A DNA stretch of 64,000 bases from an uncultured Planctomycetaceae bacterium (GTDB lineage: Bacteria; Planctomycetota; Planctomycetia; Isosphaerales; Isosphaeraceae): positions 3,488,001-3,552,000 of the forward strand of contig CAWIAD010000002.1 in assembly GCA_963833985.1 (NCBI GenBank), given 5' to 3'. The notes beneath the pieces were generated by a model. The model did no database searches, was not told the DNA's origin, and saw nothing but the letters and a program-made list of their open reading frames with translations. Shown piece by piece: positions 41,677-53,196 of the stretch (position 1 is its first letter; each line of letters opens with the position of its first letter). Position numbers and translations under genes: made by a program.

Positions 41677-42245
41677 TGCTTGCCTCCCTCGAGCTGGTCG
41701 CGCAGCCAGGCACGAGCGAACCGCCAGTCCAGCTCCACGGTTCCCACCGAGACCTCCAGCGCGTCGGCGACCTCGGACACGGAGAGCCCCGCAAAGAACC
41801 GCAAGGCGACGACCAGACCCTGCCGCTCGTTGATCTCGGCCAGCCTGTCGAGGGCTGCATTGAGGGCCTCGATGTCCAAGTTCTGCTCCTCGAAAAACGC
41901 CAGGGCCTCGTCCAGGGGCACCCGTTTCAGGTCCCCGCCATGGTTTTTTCGCTTGCGGTGATGGTCCACCAGCACGTGGCGCATGGCCCGCATCGCGGCG
42001 CCGAAGAGGTAACGGCGGTTCGGGGCCTTCTCGATCGCGTGCCCGTTGATCAGCCGGACGAACGCTTCCCCCACCAGGGCCGTGGGCTGGAGCGTGTGTC
42101 CCGGCCGTTCCTTGCTCATGAGAGACACGGCGATGCGATGAAACTCCTCGTAGATGGCGCGGAGCAGTTGATCCCGGGCGGGTCCCTCCCCGTTCCGGGC
42201 CGCCTTGATCAGCTCGGTCACGTTCTGCGTCTGGTTCACATTCAT
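41673..42245 (-). CDS. ECF sigma factor, TIGR02999-like
   Basis: HTLQPTALVGEAF, AMRHVLVDH, LRFFAGLS, DWRFARAWL; ATGA-coupled to the kinase. Confidence 0.9.
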   Translation of the reverse strand: MNVNQTQNVTELIKAARNGEGPARDQLLRAIYEEFHRIAVSLMSKERPGHTLQPTALVGEAFVRLINGHAIEKAPNRRYLFGAAMRAMRHVLVDHHRKRKNHGGDLKRVPLDEALAFFEEQNLDIEALNAALDRLAEINERQGLVVALRFFAGLSVSEVADALEVSVGTVELDWRFARAWLRDQLEGGKQ

Positions 42246-42443
42246 CGTCTGACCCTGAAGCCTCCCAGGGCAGGGAAGATCGGTCGCTCTCCCCGCATGG
42301 TCATGCGTCACGCCGCTCGACAACCTTAACGCTCACCCGACTTTTTTCTTTCCGTGAATTCTTTCGGGTACCCCAGGCCGGCTTACGTATATGCCTTCTA
42401 GAAGGATGATCAGCGAGATGGCAACGAGGCGAAAGGATCGGTC

Positions 42444-42959
42444 ATGGGGAACCCGATGAACACCCGCACCGACTGGCGGCCCGGACCGGCGATCCGGGGA
42501 CCGCACCAGGCTGAGTGCGACACGCGGAGGCTGATCGTGCCTGATCATCAGGAGAGCCGAGCCCGGCTGCTGGTTCGCCCCGTCGGCGATCTCATCGTCG
42601 TCAGGTGTTTCAGCACCCAGGTGGAATGGGACGATCCGGAAACAGGAGACCTGGGCACAAGCCTGCTTGGACTGAGCAAATTGGGCTATGTGCGCATTCT
42701 GGTCAATCTCGAGGGTATCAACTACGCGTCGGGATCGCTGCTGGGTAGTCTTGCCCATTTACATCAGGCCACCGTTCGCGCCGGGGGCTTCCTGAAGCTC
42801 TTCGGCCTGGAGGCGATCCTGCGGGACGCGCTTGTCATTTGCCGGCTCGATTCCAGGCTGGCGATTTACGCCAGCGAGTCGGAAGCCCTTGAGGGCAGCG
42901 TACCGGCCGCGGATCATGCCGGCTTGTGGATTCCGGGGGGACTGTCCCCTCGTTTCTGA
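42444..42959 (+). CDS. STAS-domain (anti-anti-sigma-like) protein
   Basis: ILVNLEGINYASGSLLGSL, GGFLKLFGL, ICRLD. Confidence 0.75.
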   Translation: MGNPMNTRTDWRPGPAIRGPHQAECDTRRLIVPDHQESRARLLVRPVGDLIVVRCFSTQVEWDDPETGDLGTSLLGLSKLGYVRILVNLEGINYASGSLLGSLAHLHQATVRAGGFLKLFGLEAILRDALVICRLDSRLAIYASESEALEGSVPAADHAGLWIPGGLSPRF

Positions 42960-42969
42960 GCCCCGTCCG

Positions 42970-44158
42970 TCAGGGCTCCGATTGCACGGGCGCCAGCCGG
43001 ATGTCGGCCACCCCGGCGGCTTTCGCACACTCGACCGCGCAGAACCCGCTCGTAGGGAGCCGATTCCGGCGCCACGATCAGCACCTTGACGACCGGTGCA
43101 CCCTTGACAGCGCGGGCCAGCCACTCGGTCAGCTCGGCGCCTGTTTTTCGCGTTGTCCCGAGCGAGTACCGGTCCGGTTCCGTCTCGACCCGCACGCGCA
43201 GCCAGGTGCTGAGGGGCTTGCCGGGTGCGACGGTGGCCATTGCTTCCGGATCTTCGCCCAGGTTCAGACGGCTCCCCTCGCGCACCGCGACAAAGCTGGA
43301 CTCCTGGTTCTGCATGGTCAGCGTGCCGGCGATCACCTGCTTTCCCGAGGTCCAGAGGATGCCCTGGTAATCCTGCCGGGCCCGCGGAAACTGGATCGTG
43401 AACTGGATCTTCTGGTGGAGCTGGTCGTCCACCTTGCCGCTCACGGCATACGAGGAGCCGCTGGCGTCAGACAGGAAGCTTCCGGACACCGAGCCGGCGG
43501 CGTCCACGGCCAGTTCCAGAAGCCCGGACCACTGCCCGCCGGCCGCGAGCCGAAAGCGGCCGTTGAAATCCTCGGGCCGCGCGATCTTGCCGTCCGACGG
43601 CGTGCCGGCCGCGGGCGCCGGCAGTTCCGGCGCCTTTTCCAGGGTGAAGATTGTCGCCCGCCCCACCGCGCTGACCGCGCCGTCCTCTTCTCCGCGCTGT
43701 GCGAAGAGCAGGTCTCCGCCCAGGCCGGCCGGCACCACCTGGCCGCTATCCAGGTCCACCTGGAATCCGGCAAAGAGGACCATGTTCTTCCCCCGTGCCA
43801 GGCGGCCCGCGTCGTTGCCGCCGTCGAACACGTCGAACCGTTCCAGCACCAGGATTGGTCGCAACGGCTGGCCGGGCGCTGTCGGTTTGCGAAAACCGGG
43901 CGAGACCAGCAGCCGCGCCAGGTTGCCCTGATCGGTCCGCACGATCAGTAACGCCGAACGGGAGTCGCGAAGCACCTGCGGCAGCGCCTCCAGGTCGCGG
44001 AAGCCCAGCCCCGCACGCTCTCGAGCCTGGCCGTGGCGCAGCAGGCCAGCCAGCACACCGGGTTGCAGGCGGTCGAATTCGTCACTCTGCGCCGGCGGAG
44101 ACGCCATGGCCCCACACCACCACAGGATGGCCGCAGCAACCGTCCAGCGCCGGACCAT
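42970..44158 (-). CDS. Secreted hypothetical protein with ExbD-like C-terminus; frameshift near 43037
   Basis: Signal peptide; APYERVL joins VECAKAAGVADIRLAP in the alternate frame, stop at 42970. Confidence 0.6.
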
Positions 44159-44218
44159 GATCGGCTCCCTCGAGCGAACGTGTTCGCTCGATGTCTGGCC
44201 ATTCGCAACGTCTCTCGC

Positions 44219-46935
44219 TCACGGCATCTGCAAAATGTACCCTTTGCCGTCCGCCGCTGCCACCGCCATCCGTTTGCCGTCAGGGCTCCAGGCCAGCCCG
44301 TACGTGACCAGCCCATCTCCCATCTTCTGATGCCAGAGCACTTTGGCGGCCTCGGCATCCCAGACGAACAGGCTGCCGCCATACCCCAGCGAGGCCAGCC
44401 GCTTGCCGTCGTGGCTGTAGGCGACCACGTAGACGTCGTCGGGATGGCCTTCCAGCTTGTGCCACTCCTTGCCGTCGGCGACATTCCAGAGCCGGATGGA
44501 GCGGTCCACGCCACCCGAAGCCAGGCGCGCGCCGTCGGGGTGAAACGACAGGGCGTACACCGCCGCGCCATGCCCCTCGCTCTTCCGCAGCTCCTTGCCA
44601 TCGGCGGGGTTCCAGTACTTGACGAGCTTGTCGTCGCCGCCGGTCGCCAGCATGTCGCCCCTGGGAGCAAACGCCAGGGCATAGACGACATTGGCGTGCG
44701 CGTTCCACTGGCGGAGCTGTTTCCCTCCGGCCGCGTCCCAGAGCCGCACCGTCTTGTCGGCGCCCGAGGTCGCCACGGTCCTCCCGTCCGGCGTCCAGGC
44801 GACCGCGTAGACCTGGCCGGCGTGGCCGGTCAACCCGACCGGCTGCAAGGAGCTAACCTTCCAGATCCGGACCTTGCCGTCGCCGTGACCGGTCAGGAGC
44901 GACGGCGGATCGGAGCCGAAAGCGAGTGCTTTCACCGGCCCCGATCCGCGGGCGGCGAACGGCTCGGACTCCGCGCTGGCCGAGCCTTCGCCTCCCAGCT
45001 CAAAGAGCCGGGCGGAGCCGTCATCCAGGCCGGCCACCACCAGCTTGCCGTCGCGGCTGATTGCCAGGGAACCGATCGGCGCCGGCATTTTTGATTGGAC
45101 CTGCACGGCCGTGCCGCTGACCGCGTTCCAGACCCGGACGGTGCGATCCTCACCGGCGGAAAGGATCCTCGTACCGTCGGTCGAGATCGCCACCCCGCGC
45201 ACCGGCGCCGTGTGCCCGGCGAGCGAGCGGATCAGCCCGCCGGTGTTCAGATCGAAGACCAGGAGGGACCCGTCCCCCGCTCCCGCGACCACCTGGCTGC
45301 CGTTGGGGTGAACGGCGACCGCGCGCAGGGGTCCGGCATGGCCGATCATGAGCCGTACCGCGGCTGGCTTCCAGATCCGGATCGGCCCCTGCTCGGTCGC
45401 CAGGACCACCGAAGCATGATCGGCCAGGAAATCCGCGGAGCCGATGATGCCACTCAGACCGGTGAACCGCTGAAGCTCGCGGCCGCTGGCAGTCTCCCAG
45501 AACCGTAAGGGATGATCGTTCACGGCCGTGGCCAGGAACTTGCCATCACTCGAGATCGTCGCCGAGACCACGGGTCCGCCATGGTTGCCGAGCGCGGCCA
45601 TGACCTTGCCGTCGCCGACGTTCCAGAGCCTGGCCGTCCCGTCTTCGGAGCCCGTCACCAGCTTCGAGCCATCCCCGCAGATGCGCATCTTCAGGATGGC
45701 GGCGCCGTGGCCGGCAAACTCGCGGATCACCTTGCCTTCGTTCACGTTCCAGAGCCGCGCCGTCGCGTCTGCCGACGCCGAGAAGAGCTGGTTTCCATCC
45801 CGAGGTGCGTACTCCAGCGCGGTGATGCGCTGGCGGTGCCCCTTCAGCTCCTTGACCGTCTTGCCATCCGCGACCGCGATGACCCGCAGCTTGGCATCGT
45901 CTCCGCCCAGGACAAGCTGTGCCCCATCACCCCGGAGGGCAAGCGCCCTGATCGAGAACGGGACCGGCCCGATCTTCTTGACCTCCTTGCCGTCATCAAC
46001 CGAGCAGAGCCGCACCACCCGGTTCGCCAGCACGATCGCAACCCGGCGTCCATCGCCATCGAGTCCGAGCCCCTCCACGGGCTGGTCATTGCCGCCGATC
46101 TCCTTCATGAGCTTGCCGTCAGTGAGGTTCCAGACGCGGATGATCCGGTCCCCCCCGCACCCCGCAAGCCGCTTTCGATCGGCGCTCACCGCGAACTGCA
46201 CGGGCTTCCCGGCGCATCGATCGGTCTGGGCTCGCTCGCCGGCAATTGCCAGAGCCGGGCGACGCCCTCCGGGCCGGACGAGACGAGCAGGGGCTTCCCC
46301 GGGACGTAGGCCAGGGCAAGAACTGCGCTCGCGGAGGTCTCGATCTGCCCGTCCGGGTTCAGCGCGTCGTTCCAGAGCCGGATCGTGCCCGAGCCATCGC
46401 CTGCGGCAAGCTGCGCTCCATCGTGCCGCCAGGCCAGGCAAGCGACGTCGCCGGAGAAGCCTTCCAGCGTCTTGATCGCGGCTCTCCTGGCCAGGTCCCA
46501 GACCTGCACCGACCTTCCCGACGCCGTGGCCGCACGCTTGCCATCCGGAGTCACCGCCAGGGCCGTGATTGCCGGGCCTGGCCCCGGCAGGCTGCCGATC
46601 GGTCCACCCCCCGGCACATCCCAGATCCTGGCTGTGCCGTCCAGGCTGGCCGAAGCCAGCCGCCGGCCGTCGGGTGAGAATGCCACGCTCAGGACGATCC
46701 TGGAATGACCCTCGAAGCGCTTCACCTCCTTGAACGTCGCGGCATCCCAGAGACGCACCGTGTTGTCGAAGCCGGCTGTCGCCAGCAGCGCCCCGTCCGG
46801 GCTCCAGGCCACGGCGTAGACTGGGTCGGTGTGCCCCTCGAGTGTTCCCACAATTCGCGCTCGCGGAGCATCCGCCGCCCCGGCCGTCATGCTGGTGAGG
46901 AAGGCGGCAGCCATCAGGTGAAGCAGGTCCGGCAT
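44219..46935 (-). CDS. Secreted multi-WD40 repeat protein; frameshift near 46210
   Basis: Signal-like N-terminus; many GH...WD repeats. Confidence 0.85.
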
Positions 46936-47158
46936 GGTGCGTCTCCCCGACGTCCCCAAGTTCTCAATCTCGTGTTTGACAGATGCTTAACATAATCGTG
47001 CCCCCTCCGTCCCGCAATCTGTGGGGCATTGTCGCTCAGCACTGCCGCGCCGGTTCAACGGACATGACTTCCCAGGGTAGGCCTCGATTCGCTAAGATCC
47101 GCGAGCGCACTTCTTCTCGTCCCGGCCGACGAACGGAACGGGGTCCTCTCCAGGAGCC

Positions 47159-47698
47159 ATGTCCATGAGATCTTCCTCGACACGGAACCGATCGCGGTGC
47201 GTTCTTGTGCTGGGTTGCTGCGCCGTGGTTGCGGTATCGGGCATCCCAGCCGCGGGCCAGCAGAGGTTGACTGCCAAGATGAAAAAAGTCGCGCCGGCGA
47301 ACTCCCTGGTCTCAGCCGGCGATGCCGCTCGTCCGCTCGACGGGGCGTGGAGGCTGGTCAGAGCGCTCGATCCCCGGAGCGGCCAGTTGCGAGAGATTCC
47401 GGCGGGAATCGAGATGACCAAGCTGGTCGTGGGAGGGCGTTTCGCCTGGGTCGTCGCGCAGAACGGCAGAGCCATCGCTGGAGCGGGGGGTACCTATGCC
47501 GTGAACGGCGACAGCTACTCGGAGACCGTCTCGTACGCCGTGGGGCAGAATCAGCAGGGACTGATCGGAACCACAACAACGTTCACATGGAAACTCGAAG
47601 GCGGCAAGTGGCACCACAAGGGGACGCTGCGCGCTGGCCAGGCCAAGCAGGAGATCGAGGAAATGTGGGAGCGTGTTCCGGAAGAGAAACGCCCGTAG
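47159..47698 (+). CDS. Secreted hypothetical beta-barrel (lipocalin-like) protein
   Basis: Signal peptide; LDGAWRLV, AGGTY, EEMWERV. Confidence 0.7.
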   Translation: MSMRSSSTRNRSRCVLVLGCCAVVAVSGIPAAGQQRLTAKMKKVAPANSLVSAGDAARPLDGAWRLVRALDPRSGQLREIPAGIEMTKLVVGGRFAWVVAQNGRAIAGAGGTYAVNGDSYSETVSYAVGQNQQGLIGTTTTFTWKLEGGKWHHKGTLRAGQAKQEIEEMWERVPEEKRP

Positions 47699-47922
47699 CT
47701 GCCATCCACGAAGCGCCCATGAAGCGCGAAACATGACCACTGCCGGCCCTCGGAACATGCCCCTTCCCGATTGCGACGCTCGCCGGTTTCTTGTTATGGT
47801 GGGCGCATCAAGGTGGGTGGACGCCGACAACGCCAGCCGCCGGCACAAGCCAACGTAGTCCCTGAGATGCGGCTGATCCGTTCGGCTTGCTTCGCCCTGC
47901 CTCTTTGCCGAGGTTCCAGCGC

Positions 47923-48831
47923 ATGTTTCCGATAGTCGCGGCCGAGTTCCTCGCTCCCGATGTGAAGCGGTTCCAGATCGAGGCGCCGCGCGTTGCCCGG
48001 AAGCGCAAGGCGGGGCAGTTCGTGATCGTCAGGCTCCATTCCCACGGCGAGCGGATTCCACTCACGATCGCTGATTCCGACCCGGAAAAGGGGACCGTCA
48101 CCCTCATCGTGCAGGGCATCGGCAAGACGACCAAGCTGCTGAACATGCTCGGCGCGGGCGATATGATTCTGGACCTGGTCGGCCCGCTGGGCAAACCGTC
48201 CGAGATCGAACGTTACGGAACCGTCGTGGTGATCGGCGGCGGGGTGGGCGCGGCCATCGCCTATCCCACGGCGAAGGCCATGAAAGAGGCCGGCAACCAC
48301 GTGATCTCGATCGTCGGTGCGCGCAACAAGGAGCTGGTGATCCTGGAGCCGGAGATCGGCGCGATCAGCGACGAGCTGCTGATCACCACCGACGACGGCA
48401 GCTACGGCCTGAAGGGCTTCGTCACCGATCAGCTCAAGGGGCTCATCACCTCGGGCCGGCAGCTCGATTTCGTGCTGGCCATCGGCCCGCCGCGGATGAT
48501 GCAGGCAGTCGCCGAGACGACCCGGCCGCACACAATCAAGACCGTCGTGAGCCTGAACTCGCTCATGGTCGACGGCACGGGCATGTGCGGCGGTTGCCGC
48601 GTGCTCACCACCGAGGGAGCCCAGTTTGCCTGCGTCGACGGTCCCGAGTTCGACGCCCACCACGTCGATTTCGACCTCTTGATCCAGCGCAACAGGAAGT
48701 ATCTCAAGCAGGAGAGCGAGGCGCTCCAGCGGTTCCTGGAGCATCCTGAACGCGACCTCGAGCTGGTTCATGAGTCGTGCCGGCTGGAACAAAAGCATCC
48801 CGAAGTTCGTTGCGAGGTCCGATCCTCATGA
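47923..48831 (+). CDS. nfnA: NfnA/SudB-like FAD/[2Fe-2S] subunit
   Basis: ERIPLTIAD, GGGVG, DGTGMCGGCRV, CVDGPEFD. Confidence 0.8.
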   Translation: MFPIVAAEFLAPDVKRFQIEAPRVARKRKAGQFVIVRLHSHGERIPLTIADSDPEKGTVTLIVQGIGKTTKLLNMLGAGDMILDLVGPLGKPSEIERYGTVVVIGGGVGAAIAYPTAKAMKEAGNHVISIVGARNKELVILEPEIGAISDELLITTDDGSYGLKGFVTDQLKGLITSGRQLDFVLAIGPPRMMQAVAETTRPHTIKTVVSLNSLMVDGTGMCGGCRVLTTEGAQFACVDGPEFDAHHVDFDLLIQRNRKYLKQESEALQRFLEHPERDLELVHESCRLEQKHPEVRCEVRSS

Positions 48832-50291
48832 GTGCCAATACCCCCACGCCCCCGCTGTCGAACAAGGAGCGCATGAAGATTCCCCGCCAGCACATGCCGG
48901 AACAAGATCCCGGCCGGCGGCGGACGAACTTCGAGGAAGTGAACCAGGGACTGACCGTCCTGGGTGCCACCACCGAGGCGCTCCGCTGTCTCCAGTGCAC
49001 CACTCCCAAGTGCATGGTGGGCTGCCCGGTGGGCGTCAAGGTGAAAGACTTTGTCTCCCTCATCATCGCGGGCGACTACCTCAAGGCCGCGGCCAAGATC
49101 CGTGAAGACAACATCCTGCCGGCCATCACCGGACGCGTCTGCCCGCAGGAAACCCAGTGCGAGGGCTGCTGCATCGTGGGCAACAAGTTCGAGCCCGTGG
49201 GCATCGGCTACCTCGAGCGGTTCGTGGCCGACTACGAACGCGCATCCGGCCAGATCGGCCTGCCGGAGAGAGCGGCTCCCACCGGCAAGAAGGTCGCCAT
49301 CGTGGGCAGCGGACCCGCCGGCCTGAGCGCGGCCGGCGACCTGGTCCAGATGGGGCACGAGGTCACGGTCTTCGAGGCCCTGCACGAGATCGGCGGCGTC
49401 CTGGTGTACGGCATTCCCGAATTCCGCCTGCCCAAGGAGATCGTCCGGCGCGAGGTGGACGTGATGCGCTCCATGGGCGTGGACTTCCAGACGAACGTCG
49501 TCATCGGCAAGACCGTGACGATCGACGAGCTCATGAACGAGGAAGGTTACGACGTCGTGTTCGTGGCCACCGGCGCGGGCTTTCCCAAGTTCCTGGGCGT
49601 CCCCGGCGAACACCTCAACGGCGTGTACTCGGCCAACGAGTTCCTCACCCGCGTGAACCTGATGCGGGCCAACGATTTCCCCGACTTCGACGAACCGGTC
49701 TACGATTGCCGCGGCAAGGACATCGCGGTCATCGGCGGGGGCAACACGGCGATGGACGCGGTACGCACGGCCGCCCGGCTCGGTGCGAAGACCAGCTATC
49801 TCATCTACCGCCGCTCCGAAGCCGAGATGCCCGCGCGGGCTGAAGAGGCCAAGCACGCGAAGGAAGAAGGCATCACGTTCTTGTGCCTGACCAATCCCGT
49901 CGCGTTCCTGGGCAGCAAGGAAGGCTTCGTCGAGACCGTCCGCTGCATCAAGATGGAACTGGGCGAGCCGGACGCCTCGGGCAGGCGCTCTCCGGCTCCT
50001 GTCGCCGGCTCGGAGTTCGATCTGCCCATCGACGTGGCCATCATCGCCCTGGGAACCGAGGCCAATCCCCTGGTGCAGTCCACCACCCCGGACCTGAAGA
50101 CGACCCGCAAGGGCTACATCGCCGCGGATCCCGAAACGATGAAAACCTCGAAGCGCGGGGTCTTCGCCGGCGGCGACATCGTCACCGGGGGCGCCACCGT
50201 CATCCTGGCGATGGGTGCCGGACGCAAGGCGGCCGCGTCCATCAACGAATACCTGAAGACCGAAGACCGGGATGCGTCCGCATCCTCATGA
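48828..50291 (+). CDS. nfnB: NfnB/SudA-like (GltD-like) NADPH-dependent subunit
   Basis: RCLQC...CMVGCP, GRVCPQETQCE, GSGPAG, YGIPEFRLPK, GGGNTAMD; ATGA coupling. Confidence 0.8.
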   Translation: MSANTPTPPLSNKERMKIPRQHMPEQDPGRRRTNFEEVNQGLTVLGATTEALRCLQCTTPKCMVGCPVGVKVKDFVSLIIAGDYLKAAAKIREDNILPAITGRVCPQETQCEGCCIVGNKFEPVGIGYLERFVADYERASGQIGLPERAAPTGKKVAIVGSGPAGLSAAGDLVQMGHEVTVFEALHEIGGVLVYGIPEFRLPKEIVRREVDVMRSMGVDFQTNVVIGKTVTIDELMNEEGYDVVFVATGAGFPKFLGVPGEHLNGVYSANEFLTRVNLMRANDFPDFDEPVYDCRGKDIAVIGGGNTAMDAVRTAARLGAKTSYLIYRRSEAEMPARAEEAKHAKEEGITFLCLTNPVAFLGSKEGFVETVRCIKMELGEPDASGRRSPAPVAGSEFDLPIDVAIIALGTEANPLVQSTTPDLKTTRKGYIAADPETMKTSKRGVFAGGDIVTGGATVILAMGAGRKAAASINEYLKTEDRDASASS

Positions 50292-50360
50292 GGCCCGAAG
50301 CGAAGGCCGGAGCGGCGTCCCTGGTCTCGTCACGGTCTCGTGCGTGCCGCCGTCGGGCAC

Positions 50361-50648
50361 TCACCGCATCACGTAGCCGCACTCGCGGAAGAGCTCAACC
50401 TTCAGGCGCTGCATGATCGCCACGAAGGTCTCGCGCTCCTGTTCCGTACGCAGGCAAGCAGCCCCGCGCTCGATGGACTGCCCGAGCTGACTCCAGGCAA
50501 CGGCAAGCGGTACGCCCGCCGCGGTGGCGGCTCGGGCCAGCTTGCGGCAGCTTGTCACAAGGTGCCGTTCGCTCTGACACGTCATCCCGGGAAGCTTCAC
50601 CACGAACACCCGGGAACGGATCCGGTCGGTCAGCAACAGGTCTTTCAT
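50361..50648 (-). CDS. Small hypothetical protein
   Basis: MKDLLLTDRIRSRVFVV...; GGAG 8 nt upstream. Confidence 0.55.
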   Translation of the reverse strand: MKDLLLTDRIRSRVFVVKLPGMTCQSERHLVTSCRKLARAATAAGVPLAVAWSQLGQSIERGAACLRTEQERETFVAIMQRLKVELFRECGYVMR

Positions 50649-51183
50649 CTTCACTGCTCCACCATCGCGCGTCGTCGTCGCAAGCGTCTGGTCGCGGGCT
50701 CTGGGGCACACCCGCCTTCTCCGGCCAAGCGTAGAGTCCGTGTAGGTAGGCCCTTGGCTCGACTTGCGACCGGACGAGGTCCACGGTCACACCCCGCCAG
50801 CCACGCGAGACGCGGCAAGATTGCAGGTCTTCCTGGGGATGGAACTTCACGAAGCCGCGGCGTCCGGGGGAGGAAGCGTTGCGCCGCCGCGGTTCTCGTT
50901 CGGTGAGCCGATCGTCAGTGCCTTCAACTGCACCGCCACGATGCAAAGTCGAGCTGAATATGAATCCTACCCCGAGTCGGCCGACGCGTCCACGGCAATG
51001 CGCAGGGCGATATCATTTTCAGGCCGGACGGTCCAGCCATGCCGTGCCGCCTCGCACGCTACGCCCGCATGGCCCCAGTCGCCTGTGGCTGTTGCTGAAT
51101 ACGCCCCCGAGCCCCGAGTCCATGGTGGGCAGCACCCCTATGCGGTGCCCAGTGCGCGCCAGCTGCGCGTTCGACGGACGCGC

Positions 51184-52080
51184 TCAATCCTCGAAGTAGC
51201 TCATGTGATCGAGATCTTCGATCATTCCGGCCTTTTGTGTCGGCCGCCATCCCAGCCGTTGCTGCGTCAGCGCGCTGGACGCCGGCAGGTCCAGTCCGGC
51301 GAAGAATCCAAGCCAGCCGAAGTGACCGGCTGCCTCGTCTGGAGAAATGGAGATCACCGGAATCTTCAGGCCCCGGCCGATCGCCTCCGCGATCTCCCGA
51401 ACCGGCACCCCCTCTTCGGCGACCGCGTGATACCTCGCCCGGTTCACTCCCTTCTCGAGCACCAGCCTGTAGACGGGTGCGGCATCGAGACGATGCACCG
51501 CGGGCCAGCGGTTGCGCCCGTCGCCCACGTAAGCCGAGACGCCCTTTTCGCGGGCGACGGCGATCGTGGGGGTGATGAGTCCCTGCTTCTCCGTGTTATG
51601 CACCTGCGGCAGTCGCACCACTGACACGCTCACGCCACGCGCGGCGACCGCCTCTGCCGCGAGTTCCGAGGCTGCACGGGGATTCGGGTGGTCGCGATTG
51701 AAATGGTCCTCAGTCGCGGGTTGGCCCGGCACCGCGTTGCCCATCCCCGTCCCGGAGGTGACAACGAGGTGCCGGCCGGAGCCCGCGAGTGCGTCGCCGA
51801 GCGCCTCGATGGCCCGCCTGTCTGCCTCGCAGACCTCCTGGAATCTCGAGAAGTCGTGGATGAAAGCGGTGTGAATCACCCCGTCCGATGACGCCGCCCC
51901 GCTCCGCAGGCTGTCCAGGTCTTCCAGATCCCCTCGGTGCACCTCGGCCCCGGCCGAGGCGAGCGCCGCGGCGCCCGCGTCCGAACGAGCCAGGCCAAGC
52001 ACCTTGTGCCCCGCGGCGATGAGATCCTGGACGACGGCGGAGCCCACGAAACCCGTCGCACCCGTAACAAAAACACGCAT
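51184..52080 (-). CDS. Atypical SDR / NAD-dependent epimerase-dehydratase
   Basis: MRVFVTGATGFVGS, VIHTAFIHDF. Confidence 0.9.
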   Translation of the reverse strand: MRVFVTGATGFVGSAVVQDLIAAGHKVLGLARSDAGAAALASAGAEVHRGDLEDLDSLRSGAASSDGVIHTAFIHDFSRFQEVCEADRRAIEALGDALAGSGRHLVVTSGTGMGNAVPGQPATEDHFNRDHPNPRAASELAAEAVAARGVSVSVVRLPQVHNTEKQGLITPTIAVAREKGVSAYVGDGRNRWPAVHRLDAAPVYRLVLEKGVNRARYHAVAEEGVPVREIAEAIGRGLKIPVISISPDEAAGHFGWLGFFAGLDLPASSALTQQRLGWRPTQKAGMIEDLDHMSYFED

Positions 52081-52208
52081 CACAGCTTCTCCTTGATCGA
52101 CCTTCCAGACCCTGATTTCAGTCCCTTGGTCCACACAGTAGGCAATCGACCTGATACGATCTATGCTCTGGAGTCCAAAATACCTTCGCGATCGTCCAGG
52201 AGAGCCGA

Positions 52209-53135
52209 ATGGATCCCCTTTCAGGCGTGCTGTCGCTCCTGAAGCCACGCAACACCATGTGCGGTGGCTTCGATGTCGGCGGAGCATGGTCGTTCCAGTT
52301 CCCCGAACATGAAGGCATCAAATGCTATGCAATGGTTTCCGGCCAGTGCTGGCTGGCCGTGGAGAGGGTCCCCGAGGCGGTGCATCTGAAGACCGGAGAC
52401 TGCTTCCTGCTGCCGCTGGGACGGTCCTTCCGCCTCGCGAGCGACCTGAGCTTGCCGCCTGTCGACTTCAGGACGATGCATTCCAGGCCGCTGAACGGCG
52501 GCGTCGCCTCCTGGAACGGGGGAGGAGACGTCTCCGGCGTTGGCGGCTACTTCGGCCTGGCCGGCAATCATGCCGGTATCCTGCTGGGAGTGCTCCCGCC
52601 GATTGTTCATATCAAGAACGAATCGGATAAGCTGGCGTTGCGCTGGTCCATCGAGCGCATGATGCAGGAGCTGCGCGAGCCGCAGCCGGGCAGCTTTCTG
52701 GTCCTCCAGCACCTCTCTCACATGATGCTGGTGCAGGCCCTGCGGGCGCATCTTGGGGAAGGCCTGTGCGGACGTGTGGGATGGCTCTTCGCGCTGGCGG
52801 ACCGGCAAATGAGCGTGGCCATCCGCGCGATGCACGACGACCCTGCGCATCCCTGGACCCTGCAAGAGCTGGCGGATCGAGCCGGGATGTCGCGCTCGAG
52901 CTTCGCACAGAAATTCAAGCAGACCGTGGGTGCGACCCCCATGGACTACCTGACGCGCTGGCGGATGCTGCTCGCCGGTGACCGGCTGACAAATTCCAGC
53001 GATCCCGTTTCGGTCATCTCTCTCTCGCTCGGCTACGAATCCGAGAGCGCCTTCAGCACCGCGTTCAAACGGGTCATGGGCTGCTCACCGCGGCAATATG
53101 GCCGCAGCCGGGACCTGGTTTCCGTGTCTCAGTAA
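52209..53135 (+). CDS. AraC-family regulator with cupin N-domain
   Basis: MDPLSGVL, WTLQELADRAGMSRS, GYESESAFSTAFKR; divergent from the SDR. Confidence 0.92.
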   Translation: MDPLSGVLSLLKPRNTMCGGFDVGGAWSFQFPEHEGIKCYAMVSGQCWLAVERVPEAVHLKTGDCFLLPLGRSFRLASDLSLPPVDFRTMHSRPLNGGVASWNGGGDVSGVGGYFGLAGNHAGILLGVLPPIVHIKNESDKLALRWSIERMMQELREPQPGSFLVLQHLSHMMLVQALRAHLGEGLCGRVGWLFALADRQMSVAIRAMHDDPAHPWTLQELADRAGMSRSSFAQKFKQTVGATPMDYLTRWRMLLAGDRLTNSSDPVSVISLSLGYESESAFSTAFKRVMGCSPRQYGRSRDLVSVSQ

Positions 53136-53136
53136 G

Positions 53137-53188
53137 AAGGCTCAAAGGAAGGCACAAAGGGAAGGCACAAAGGGAAGGCACAAAGGGG
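53137..53188. repeat. Tandem ~13-bp repeats (AAGGCACAAAGGG x3 plus one degenerate unit)
   Basis: Read directly at the left flank of the IS4. Confidence 0.85.
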
Positions 53189-53196
53189 ACGTTACT

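Noticed and set aside
46976..46996. TTGACA...CATAAT promoter
   Set aside because: The spacer is only 9 bp.
48828..50291. Glutamate synthase small subunit gltD
   Set aside because: No adjacent gltB; the gene is coupled to an NfnA/SudB-like gene instead.
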